Shown piece after piece: positions 19,933 through 27,859 of a stretch of DNA of 35,205 nt. The DNA lies in NCBI GenBank assembly GCA_964617175.1, contig CAZTVT010000003.1, positions 1 to 35,205 of the forward strand, given 5' to 3'. The translations under genes and the position numbers were made by a program. The notes beneath the pieces are model-generated. The model saw only the letters and a list, made by a program, of their open reading frames with translations, searched no databases and had not been told where the DNA came from. Position 1 is the first letter of the stretch. Every line of letters begins with the position of its first letter. The stretch comes from an uncultured Clostridium sp. GTDB lineage: Bacteria; Bacillota; Clostridia; TANB77; CAG-465.

Positions 19933-20346
19933 AAACGAAATTGTAAAATAAATTGAATTGATTTTATGCTTTAGACTATTATTTAGTTTTTTAATGCTTG
20001 TTATAGCAACAACTATAACGTCATCCTCTCATTCAAAATTTAATTGATGTGCAAAAGCACACCTCATAAGTTTTGAATTCATGCGTCTAGCAATATAACT
20101 ATTCTATTTCAAACAGAAGTAAAAAAATAGAGGAAGCAATCGCCTAAAATACATAACTATACAGAAATTTTATATTGAGCTGATAACTACCGATAAATTT
20201 TAGATTTCCATACTATTGTTACAAAAACAATAATTAAATGCATATAATTATTTCGATAAAGCAAAATAATAAAGATAATCGAAAAATACGTTGTACCGTA
20301 AAAAATCTCAAAAAACAGCAAAATATTACGATATACCGTAAAAATG

Positions 20347-20375
20347 TTGACAAAATCATAAAAAAAGAGTAGAAT
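20347..20375 (+). promoter_or_regulatory. Sigma-A-type promoter of the AAA+ ATPase gene
   Basis: TTGACA, 17 nt, TAGAAT. Two copies of TACCGTAAAAA lie at 20294-20304 and 20334-20344; the second ends 2 nt before the -35 box. Confidence 0.5.
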
Positions 20376-20407
20376 TAATATAGATGTTAAGTAAGGAGGA
20401 AATCTTT

Positions 20408-21604
20408 ATGATAAAAAGAGAAAAATATTTAAAGAATATTAGAGGGTTTTATGATCAAGATTTAATAAAGGTAATTACAGGAATAAGAAGATCTGGAAAG
20501 TCAACATTATTAAAACAAATAATAGATGAATTAAAAGAGAGTGGAGTAAATAAAGAAAAAATAATATATATAAATTTTGAAGATATTGAAATGTCTTTCA
20601 TAAAAAATGATATGGATTTAAATGCTTATATAAAGAAACAAATAAAAGATGATGAAAAATATTATTTGTTTTTTGATGAGATTCAAAATGTAATCGATTG
20701 GGAAAGAGCAGTAAATTCATTTAAGGCAACAAAAAATGTTTCTATATTTATAACTGGTTCAAATAGTAATTTATTATCAGGAGAATTAGCAACTTTATTA
20801 GCAGGTAGATATGTATCATTTAAAATACAACCATTTTCTTTCAAAGAAGTTTGCGAGTTAAAGGGGATAGAAGATAAAGGCGAAATAGAAGAAGCATTTG
20901 AGGATTATATAAAATGGGGAGGAATGCCACAAAGATTTTACTTTAATGATGAACAAGAGACAAAAAATTATTTAATGGATTTATATGATTCAATTGTGGT
21001 AAAAGATATTATAAGAAGATATAAAGTAAAAGATATTGAATTGTTAAATAAAATTTTAGAATATTTAATGTCTACTCCAGCACAGCAATTTTCTGCAATG
21101 AATATTGTCAATTATTTAAAAAATGAAAATAGAAATTGTTCTAATGAAACATTGTATAATTACTTATCTTATATAACAAATTCTTTTATAATGAGTAAAG
21201 CGAAAAGGTATGATATAAAAGGAAAAAGAGTATTAAGTACAAACGATAAATATTATTTAACAGATTTAGGTCTTGGACAGGTAAAAAGTTCAATTAAAAC
21301 TAAAGGAAAAGGAAGTGTACTTGAAAATATAGTATATAATGAATTAATAAATAGAGGATATGAAGTTTTAGTCGGAAAATCTGATTCTTCAGAGATAGAT
21401 TTTATTGCTTCATATTTTGATGAAAAAATATATATTCAAGTAGCATATATTTTAGCAGATGATGACGTTATTGAAAGAGAGTTTGGTGCTTTTAAAGAGA
21501 TTCAAGATAACTATCCTAAATACGTTTTAACAATGGATAAATTAGATTTTTCGCAAAATGGAATAATTCATAAAAATGTAATAGATTGGTTATTAGAAAA
21601 GTAG
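20408..21604 (+). CDS. AAA+ ATPase of the AAA_14/DUF4143 (COG1373-like) type
   Basis: Walker A GIRRSGKST, Walker B YLFFDEIQ, and a C-terminal restriction-endonuclease-like segment LENIVYNELINRGYEVLVGKSDSSEIDFIA...IYIQVAY. Start moved to ATG 20408 (AAGGAGGA at 20393-20400). Confidence 0.7.
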   Translation: MIKREKYLKNIRGFYDQDLIKVITGIRRSGKSTLLKQIIDELKESGVNKEKIIYINFEDIEMSFIKNDMDLNAYIKKQIKDDEKYYLFFDEIQNVIDWERAVNSFKATKNVSIFITGSNSNLLSGELATLLAGRYVSFKIQPFSFKEVCELKGIEDKGEIEEAFEDYIKWGGMPQRFYFNDEQETKNYLMDLYDSIVVKDIIRRYKVKDIELLNKILEYLMSTPAQQFSAMNIVNYLKNENRNCSNETLYNYLSYITNSFIMSKAKRYDIKGKRVLSTNDKYYLTDLGLGQVKSSIKTKGKGSVLENIVYNELINRGYEVLVGKSDSSEIDFIASYFDEKIYIQVAYILADDDVIEREFGAFKEIQDNYPKYVLTMDKLDFSQNGIIHKNVIDWLLEK

Positions 21605-21634
21605 AAAAGATGTAACATATAAACTAGTTAGGTG

Positions 21635-22125
21635 ATGCCATATTTTATAGCAGATACTCATTTTAATTATGAAAATATAATAAAATACTGTGATAGATGT
21701 TAATTGTAAGTGAAAAATGGTCCAACTTATAATTAAATTTTTAGATGACATAATAATTCGAATAAACCTCTTAACCAATAAAAATAAAAATTTCTTATAA
21801 GTGTCAATACTTGATTTATCAATACAGTTTAGTATTGATACGTTAAGAAATTTTTATATAATTAATCGTTAGGTTATGTAACTTAGTGGTCCAAAATTCA
21901 ATTATAATAATGGACCATTTTGGACCATTTTTCATTCGGAAAATACAGTTGAACTTGGAAACTTAATATTAACACATGAACCAATTGAGATATTAGATGA
22001 TGGTAAAATTAATGTATTTGGACATATACATAACAAGCCATTAAATGAAAGATTTAATAAAGAAAATCATATATGTATTTCATGTGATGTTGTTTGACTA
22101 TACATCACAAAAAAATTAATATTGA
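21635..22125 (+). pseudogene. Destroyed metallophosphoesterase (YfcE-like) gene
   Basis: N-terminal fragment MPYFIADTHFNYENIIKYCDRC* at 21635-21703. C-terminal fragment VELGNLILTHEPIEILDDGKINVFGHIHNKPLNERFNKENHICISCDVV* ends at 22097, with a further frame break after it. The middle of the gene is missing or replaced by the inverted-repeat element. Confidence 0.65.
21711..21934. mobile_element. MITE-like non-autonomous element (224 bp) with perfect 15-bp terminal inverted repeats
   Basis: tgaaaaatggtccaa at 21711-21725 is the exact reverse complement of ttggaccatttttca at 21920-21934. A central long imperfect palindrome spans 21788-21853 (aaatttctta..tcaatact / agtattga..taagaaattt). There are extra ggaccatttt copies near the right end and no coding capacity. 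Confidence 0.55.
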
Positions 22126-22228
22126 GTAAAATATGAGTAAAATTTTAGTTGGCAAAGGATAAAAAACTGAAAGCATTGTTAAAATCCTGTATAATGGTTT
22201 TGCAACAAACTATTAGGAGGATATAGCA

Positions 22229-22315
22229 ATGCTTTCATTGACAAGTTTAATAGAAAGTGTAATAAATTTCAAGATTTTTGAACAAAAAATTAACCCAAAA
22301 ATTAAAGACATTTAG
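22229..22315 (+). CDS. Small ORF (28 aa), possibly an orphan gene start or a peptide
   Basis: AGGAGGA RBS 8 nt upstream of the ATG and a TATAAT box at 22190-22195. Reads MLSLTSLIESVINFKIFEQKINPKIKDI. No homologue recognised. Confidence 0.25.
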   Translation: MLSLTSLIESVINFKIFEQKINPKIKDI

Positions 22316-22364
22316 AATATATAAAGAGCAGGGAAATAGACAAAATAGAGTTACATTATATTGT

Positions 22365-22735
22365 CTATACATAAATTAATTCAATTAATACAGATTCTTC
22401 AGCACAATGCTTATAATTATTCATAATAATAAGTCTTACCCATTTTAATGGGCCAGTATTTTTCAACTCTTCATCAATAAGCTTTTTCTTTAGCATTTGT
22501 TTCATAAGTATTTCAAATCTTTCTTTAGCTCGTTTATCGGTTTTTGCGAGATGTTTTCTTAAAGTACCATTCATAAGCATTTAGTATATTCATTCTTTTT
22601 ATTATTTTTTAAATATTCTAATCTTAAATGACCGTACTTTCCAATTTGATAATCTTTTCCATATTTATCTTTTGCTAAATATAGATTAGGTAAATAATAA
22701 TATCCAACTTTATTATATGTAATTTTATTATTCAT
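22365..22735 (-). pseudogene. TnpV-like (transposon-encoded protein TnpV family) gene with one frameshift
   Basis: N-terminal piece MNNKITYNKVGYYYLPNLYLAKDKYGKDYQIGKYGHLRLEYLKNNKKNEYTK (ATG 22735). It is joined out of frame at about 22580-22582 to MLMNGTLRKHLAKTDKRAKERFEILMKQM...LKWVRLIIMNNYKHCAEESVLIELIYV. The IGKYG, W-V and EE..L.E.IY landmarks match my memory of TnpV of Tn4451-type elements. One A missing from an A-run would restore the frame. Confidence 0.6.
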
Positions 22736-22957
22736 TTCTAAAAAACCACTATAAATTAATTTTCACTACAAATTTTACTAAATAATTTATAACTTCACTC
22801 GACAATCTAATATAATAAAATTTTGGAAGAAGTCGATAAGAGCAACTTTGTCCTTATTAAATTTCTCCCAACCCGACATTTTTTATATATGTTTTCCACG
22901 AAACAAAAATGTAACTTTTGTGTAATCAAAAAGATACAATAAATTTGTTATGTAGGC

Positions 22958-22985
22958 TTGCGTTTTTTTTTTTTTAGTATATACT
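22958..22985 (+). promoter_or_regulatory. Candidate promoter whose spacer is mostly a T13 homopolymer
   Basis: TTGCGT (22958-22963), 16-nt spacer, TATACT (22980-22985). The T13 run occupies 22963-22975. The -10 box lies inside the palindrome AGTATATACT. Confidence 0.35.
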
Positions 22986-23093
22986 GTACGTGGTATAGAT
23001 ACAATAGAGAAATGTGATAGCCATTTTTATAGGACTAGGAATTGTATTTCCTTAGTATATACTAATTGTATGTGAAAAAGAGAGGTTGAAATT

Positions 23094-24152
23094 ATGGGAA
23101 GAATAAGAAATTTTTTTAATAGGATTTTTGGGAAAAATCAAAAAACATTAGGAGAGGCAAAACCAAGGGCACAAGGTGTTCCTTTAGATATTGCACCTCC
23201 ACAAAAGCCTGAGGTAAAAGAAGAAAGCTTTGATAATTTTAAAGAGGACTTACAAAAAAATACTATTCAGAAAAATGAAATGAGTTTTGATGAAACATTA
23301 GACTATTTTATACAACAACAAAAATTAGATCCAATATGTAAAAATCCTAGAGGTAGAGAAAAATTAGGAAAGATGCTAGAGCAAGTTCTTACAAAAGAAA
23401 AAGTAAAAGCAGAAGATGGAGTATATAATAAAAATTCGGTAGAATATGCTCTTGAAAGAAGTTTCGGTAAATCACCTGAATCTGAACGTGAGAGTATAAC
23501 ATTTGAGGATAGAGAATATTACTATTTTGAATCTGATAGAGAAAATAGTAAGATAGCACCAGGTTGTCAAAAAACAACAATAAGTGTAAATGAATATGAT
23601 GAATTAAGTGAAACAACTGAAGAAAGAAGTTCATATTCATATAATACTAGACCTGATGAAAAAAATAAACCAATTCAAGTTGTTTTTTCAAAAAGCGAAC
23701 ATCACTACCAAAAAACTGGAATTGAAGATAGAAAAATTGAACAAAGTTGTAGATTTGATAATATGCAAATGAGAGGAGAATATTATCAGGCAAAACCTAC
23801 TTTTGATTATGCTCTTTTAGACTATCATAATGAAAGTACAAAAAATTATCCTAATTATAAAGCTACCTTAGCACAAAGACATGATGGTATTCTAGCAGAA
23901 GTTCATGTTGTAGGTCAGGAAGGAAGAAATAAACATGTGTATCTGAATGCGGAACATGGGGTTGATGATTTAGTAGTTACTGATGAAAGTATAGACGCAA
24001 GAAATTATCTTGAAATGACAGATGAACAAAAAGAAGAGTTTAAGAGTAGGGCTACTAATGCTATATCAAGGTCAAAATACAAGGAGGCTCTAGCAGATCA
24101 GACACCAGGTGTTGATATGGAAGATATAGAAAAAAACAAGAGTAGAGATTAA
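23094..24152 (+). CDS. Hypothetical protein (352 aa), gene 1 of an uncharacterised three-gene operon
   Basis: Clean ORF with a GAGAGG RBS. Hydrophilic, no TM or signal peptide, no catalytic motif recognised. Shares two ordered sequence blocks with gene 2. Confidence 0.6.
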   Translation: MGRIRNFFNRIFGKNQKTLGEAKPRAQGVPLDIAPPQKPEVKEESFDNFKEDLQKNTIQKNEMSFDETLDYFIQQQKLDPICKNPRGREKLGKMLEQVLTKEKVKAEDGVYNKNSVEYALERSFGKSPESERESITFEDREYYYFESDRENSKIAPGCQKTTISVNEYDELSETTEERSSYSYNTRPDEKNKPIQVVFSKSEHHYQKTGIEDRKIEQSCRFDNMQMRGEYYQAKPTFDYALLDYHNESTKNYPNYKATLAQRHDGILAEVHVVGQEGRNKHVYLNAEHGVDDLVVTDESIDARNYLEMTDEQKEEFKSRATNAISRSKYKEALADQTPGVDMEDIEKNKSRD

Positions 24153-24169
24153 TAATATAAGGTGATTTT

Positions 24170-25099
24170 ATGAATTCAAATGATGTAATAGAGTTTATGG
24201 AGCAAAATTGTGGACTAAATCAAGGTTATGCAAAAAATCCAGCTGCATTAAAAAGAATGGCTATTGTAATAGATGAATTGAAAAAAGTTGGGATAACTAA
24301 AATTACAAAAAAAAATAAAGAACAAGTTCAGTATGTTGCGAATAAGTATGTAAGTAATGGTAACTTTTCTTATTCTAAAGGAGATAATGGCGGAATGATA
24401 GACTCCCATTATTGCACAGAACATTATGTTGGACATATTAATGAAGATGGTTCTTATGTGGAAACTAATACAAGAATTAATAAAATACTTCTTGACTCTC
24501 AACCTACACGTCAAGAAGAAAGTATAAGGACCTATAATAAACATGGCTTAGAAATGAAAAGAATAGAAAAGATTAAGGAATCTTTTAAAAATTCATCTGT
24601 TGAAGAAAAATATGAGATATCTAGAGATGAAGAAATGGTAACTTCTACTATAGTTGGTAGTAAGAAAATAGATGGCAAAGAATGTGGTGATATCACTCAA
24701 AAGGTTTTGTTATTAGATGAAGATCTCGCACCACAGACTATCATGGATTATGATGTATCATATATGAAAGGTTACTATGACGAAATGGAAAGACAAAGAG
24801 AAGATTTTAGTGAGGGAAGAGTACTTTCTGGAACACTTCTTGCTGTTGATGGTATAAAAGTAGAACGTCCTAATGAGTTTTATTTTATAAAAAGCAATTT
24901 TGACTATAATTGTATGGTTTCACCTGAGTTTAGAGAATCAGCTAAAGAAAAAGGACTATATAGAGAACCTACTACAAAAGTAAATAAAGGGAAAATGAAA
25001 GCTATATATCAAAGTGTATCACATAAAATAAATGAGGTTGCCGATAATTTTAATAAAAAAGTTAAAGGTGAACAAACAAAAACAAAAGATAGTATGTAG
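24170..25099 (+). CDS. Hypothetical protein (309 aa), gene 2, apparent divergent paralogue of gene 1
   Basis: AAGGTGA RBS, 17 nt after the stop of gene 1. Blocks NDVIEFMEQNCGLNQGYAKNPAALKRM and GTLLAVDGIKVERPNEFYFIKSN align with DETLDYFIQQQKLDPICKNPRGREKL and GILAEVHVVGQEGRNKHVYLNAE of gene 1. Confidence 0.6.
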   Translation: MNSNDVIEFMEQNCGLNQGYAKNPAALKRMAIVIDELKKVGITKITKKNKEQVQYVANKYVSNGNFSYSKGDNGGMIDSHYCTEHYVGHINEDGSYVETNTRINKILLDSQPTRQEESIRTYNKHGLEMKRIEKIKESFKNSSVEEKYEISRDEEMVTSTIVGSKKIDGKECGDITQKVLLLDEDLAPQTIMDYDVSYMKGYYDEMERQREDFSEGRVLSGTLLAVDGIKVERPNEFYFIKSNFDYNCMVSPEFRESAKEKGLYREPTTKVNKGKMKAIYQSVSHKINEVADNFNKKVKGEQTKTKDSM

Positions 25100-25108
25100 G
25101 AGGGAAAA

Positions 25109-25558
25109 ATGGAAATAACATATGAAAAGGCACTTGCAGAAGCTTTTGCAGTAATAATGAAATTAGAATTTAGTGATATACAAAAAATACCAGATGAGTT
25201 ATTAAATACTTTAAAAAATAATATGGATCAAGAGTATTATACTACATTAAATATAGATGAAGAATATATAGATAATAACCTGTCAGAAGATGCAAAAGGA
25301 ATATTAGGTCTTGTATATAGAGATTATCTTACAGATGAATCTGAAAGAAAAGAGCTTGTGGAAAGTGAAAATAAATCTGAAGAAGAATATCAAGAAGTTT
25401 TAAGAGATATGTTCCAATCTGATTTAGTATTTAAAAATAACGATACAAATGAAGAAAAAAAAGAAGTAAAGCAAGAAGTTAGAATGATAAAACAGGAAGA
25501 ATTAAAATGGTATGAAAAGTTAAAAATAAAAATAAAAAAGGCTTTAGGTATAAAATAA
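25109..25558 (+). CDS. Hypothetical acidic protein (149 aa), gene 3 of the operon
   Basis: AGGAGGG RBS, 9 nt after the stop of gene 2. Helical N-terminal part (IPDELLNTLKNNMDQEYY...AKGILGLVYRDYL), E/K-rich tail, basic amphipathic C-terminus. Confidence 0.55.
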   Translation: MEITYEKALAEAFAVIMKLEFSDIQKIPDELLNTLKNNMDQEYYTTLNIDEEYIDNNLSEDAKGILGLVYRDYLTDESERKELVESENKSEEEYQEVLRDMFQSDLVFKNNDTNEEKKEVKQEVRMIKQEELKWYEKLKIKIKKALGIK

Positions 25559-25572
25559 AAATTTAAAAAATT

Positions 25573-25602
25573 AGAAGTAAGGTATAATCTTACTTCTTTT
25601 TT
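25573..25602 (+). terminator. Rho-independent terminator closing the three-gene operon
   Basis: agaagtaag / cttacttct 9-bp stem followed by a T-run. Confidence 0.75.
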
Positions 25603-25733
25603 CATGCATATAACAAAAATGTTACAAGGTTACAAAAAAATGTCAAAAAAATTAAAAATATTTCAATAAAATGTAGAAATATTTTTTTGTACATGATATA
25701 ATGTTTATAAATTTGGATTTTGAGGTGAAATAT

Positions 25734-26435
25734 ATGAATGATAAGAGAATTTTAATAGTTGACGATGAAAAACCAATAGTAGATATATTAAAATTTAATT
25801 TAGAAAAAGAAGGATTTACTACAACAGTGGCATATGATGGAGAAGAAGCTATAAATATGGCATTATCTGTAAAACCCGATCTTATACTCCTTGACCTTAT
25901 GTTACCAAAAGTAGACGGATTTAATGTATGTAAAGAAATAAGAAAACATCTTACTTGTCCTATTATAATGCTTACTGCAAAAGAAGAAGTTGTTGATAAA
26001 ATAATTGGTCTAGAACTTGGCGCCGATGATTATATGACAAAACCTTTTAGTATTAGAGAAGTTATTGCAAGAATAAAGGCTAATTTAAGAAAACATGTTT
26101 TACCAGAAGATGAAGATAATAAAAAATTGTCTAAGAATAAGATAAAAATAAAAGATATGGTAATAGATCCTGAAAGATATATAGCAATAATTGGAGATAA
26201 AAAAATTGATCTTACTATAAAAGAGTTTGAACTCCTTAAAATGCTTTCATCTGCACCAAATCAAGTGTTTACTAGAGAGCAAATATTAAGAGGTGTATGG
26301 GGATATGATTTTTATGGAGATGCAAGAACTGTTGATGTTACAATAAGACGTTTAAGAGAAAAAATCGAGAAAAGTTCTGCGGATCCACAATATGTTCAGA
26401 CAAAAAGAGGAATGGGGTATTACGTTTCTAATTAA
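25734..26435 (+). CDS. OmpR-family response regulator, WalR/YycF-like
   Basis: KRILIVDDEKPIVDILKFNLEKEG...DLILLDLMLPKVDG...IIMLTAKEEVVDKIIGLELGADDYMTKPFSIREVIARIKANLRK is very close to my memory of B. subtilis WalR. Winged-helix C-terminus ends in RGMGY. Start moved to ATG 25734 (GAGGTGA RBS); a TGATATAAT extended -10 lies upstream. Confidence 0.85.
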   Translation: MNDKRILIVDDEKPIVDILKFNLEKEGFTTTVAYDGEEAINMALSVKPDLILLDLMLPKVDGFNVCKEIRKHLTCPIIMLTAKEEVVDKIIGLELGADDYMTKPFSIREVIARIKANLRKHVLPEDEDNKKLSKNKIKIKDMVIDPERYIAIIGDKKIDLTIKEFELLKMLSSAPNQVFTREQILRGVWGYDFYGDARTVDVTIRRLREKIEKSSADPQYVQTKRGMGYYVSN

Positions 26436-26456
26436 TAATCTTATAGGAGAAGTTTT

Positions 26457-27848
26457 ATGAAAAGTTCTATAAAAGTAAATATTAAGATTATAAATATATT
26501 GATGGTAGTTATAGTATATATAACTACTATCCTTTTATGCGGAAAAGTTATAGATACAAATAATATCTTTGCGATTTCTAATATAATAATATTATTAATT
26601 TTTATTTTAATTTCATTTATTCTAAATAGTATATTATCTAAAATGATAACGTTGCCTTTAAAAAAAATAGAAAAGAATATGAGACTTGTAGCAAATGGTA
26701 AGGTAAGTGAGCCTAAACATTTAGAAGAATATACTAAACTTACTGAAATAAGAGATTTTACAGATGCATATATGGATATGTTCCAAATAATAAAGAAAAA
26801 TAGCTTTGATCTTACAGGTCAACAAAGTAAGACTGAAATAATACTGGAACATATGGCAGATGGTGTTATAGCTTTTAATATTTCAAGACAGGTTATACAT
26901 ATAAATAAATCAGCATTTAGGTTGCTTGGTTTAAGTTCTACTGATGATACTTTTGAAAAAATAGTTAAAAGGCTTAAAATTAATCTTGATTTTGATAAAG
27001 TAATGTATTTACCTAATTACAAAACTATTGAGGCAAAAATTACTGTCGCTGGAAATTCTTTAAACATTGTATTTGTACCATTTTTTAGCGATAATTTAAC
27101 TCCAATGGGCGTTATAATGATGGTAAGAAATATAACAGAGAATGTTAAATTAGATAATCTAAGAAAAGAATTTGTTTCGAATGTATCACATGAACTAAAA
27201 ACACCTCTTACGTCAATAAAAGGGTATTCAGAAACTATGATGAATGGCGATCTTACATATGCAGAAATTCAGAAATTTTCTAAGGTTATAAATCAAGAGG
27301 CTAATCGAATGGGAAGGCTTGTTTCAGATCTTTTGCAATTGTCAAGGTTTGACTATAAAAAAGTTAGTTGGAAAAAGATGATGTTTTCTCTTGATGAGCT
27401 TGCAGAAAATGTTTGTGAAAAAATGAAAATACAAGCAGATCAAAAAGGTCATAAACTAGAATGTATAATAAGTAATACGCCACCTCAAGTATATGCCGAT
27501 AGAGATGCTATTGAGCGTGTAATAATAAATATAGTAAGTAATAGTATAAAATATACACCAGATGGAGGTATAATTACTGTATATGTAGGTTCTGTAAATT
27601 CTAATGCATATTTTAAAGTGGTAGATAATGGTATAGGGATACCCGCTAAAGATTTAGATAGAATATTTGAAAGATTTTATAGAGTAGATAAAGCAAGAAG
27701 TAGAAAAGCCGGAGGAACTGGGCTTGGACTTTCCATAGTAAAAGAAATGATAGAAGGAAATAACGGTACTATTGACATAAGGAGTGAAGTTAACAAAGGA
27801 ACAGAAGTAATTGTGACATTACCAACTAAAATTGATACCAAAAAATAA
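26457..27848 (+). CDS. Sensor histidine kinase (two TM, PAS-like, HisKA, HATPase_c), WalK/PhoR-like
   Basis: H-box FVSNVSHELKTPLTSIKGY, N-box IVSNSIKYTP, G1 VVDNGIGIP, G2 GGTGLGLSIVKE. Two N-terminal hydrophobic helices. Confidence 0.85.
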   Translation: MKSSIKVNIKIINILMVVIVYITTILLCGKVIDTNNIFAISNIIILLIFILISFILNSILSKMITLPLKKIEKNMRLVANGKVSEPKHLEEYTKLTEIRDFTDAYMDMFQIIKKNSFDLTGQQSKTEIILEHMADGVIAFNISRQVIHINKSAFRLLGLSSTDDTFEKIVKRLKINLDFDKVMYLPNYKTIEAKITVAGNSLNIVFVPFFSDNLTPMGVIMMVRNITENVKLDNLRKEFVSNVSHELKTPLTSIKGYSETMMNGDLTYAEIQKFSKVINQEANRMGRLVSDLLQLSRFDYKKVSWKKMMFSLDELAENVCEKMKIQADQKGHKLECIISNTPPQVYADRDAIERVIINIVSNSIKYTPDGGIITVYVGSVNSNAYFKVVDNGIGIPAKDLDRIFERFYRVDKARSRKAGGTGLGLSIVKEMIEGNNGTIDIRSEVNKGTEVIVTLPTKIDTKK

Positions 27849-27859
27849 AAGGAGAGCAT

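Noticed and set aside
21593-21778. 61-aa minus-strand ORF.
   Set aside because: It spans the ATPase stop, the dead phosphoesterase fragment and the left inverted repeat of the MITE-like element. Its WTIFH peptide merely mirrors the inverted repeat.
22168-22237. Perfect 11-bp inverted repeat (tgaaagcattg / caatgctttca) spanning the promoter, RBS and start of the 28-aa ORF, considered as a type I toxin-antitoxin or riboregulator.
   Set aside because: The left arm lies upstream of the -10 box, so it would not be in the transcript from that promoter. The peptide is not hydrophobic like type I toxins. Kept only as a low-confidence small ORF.
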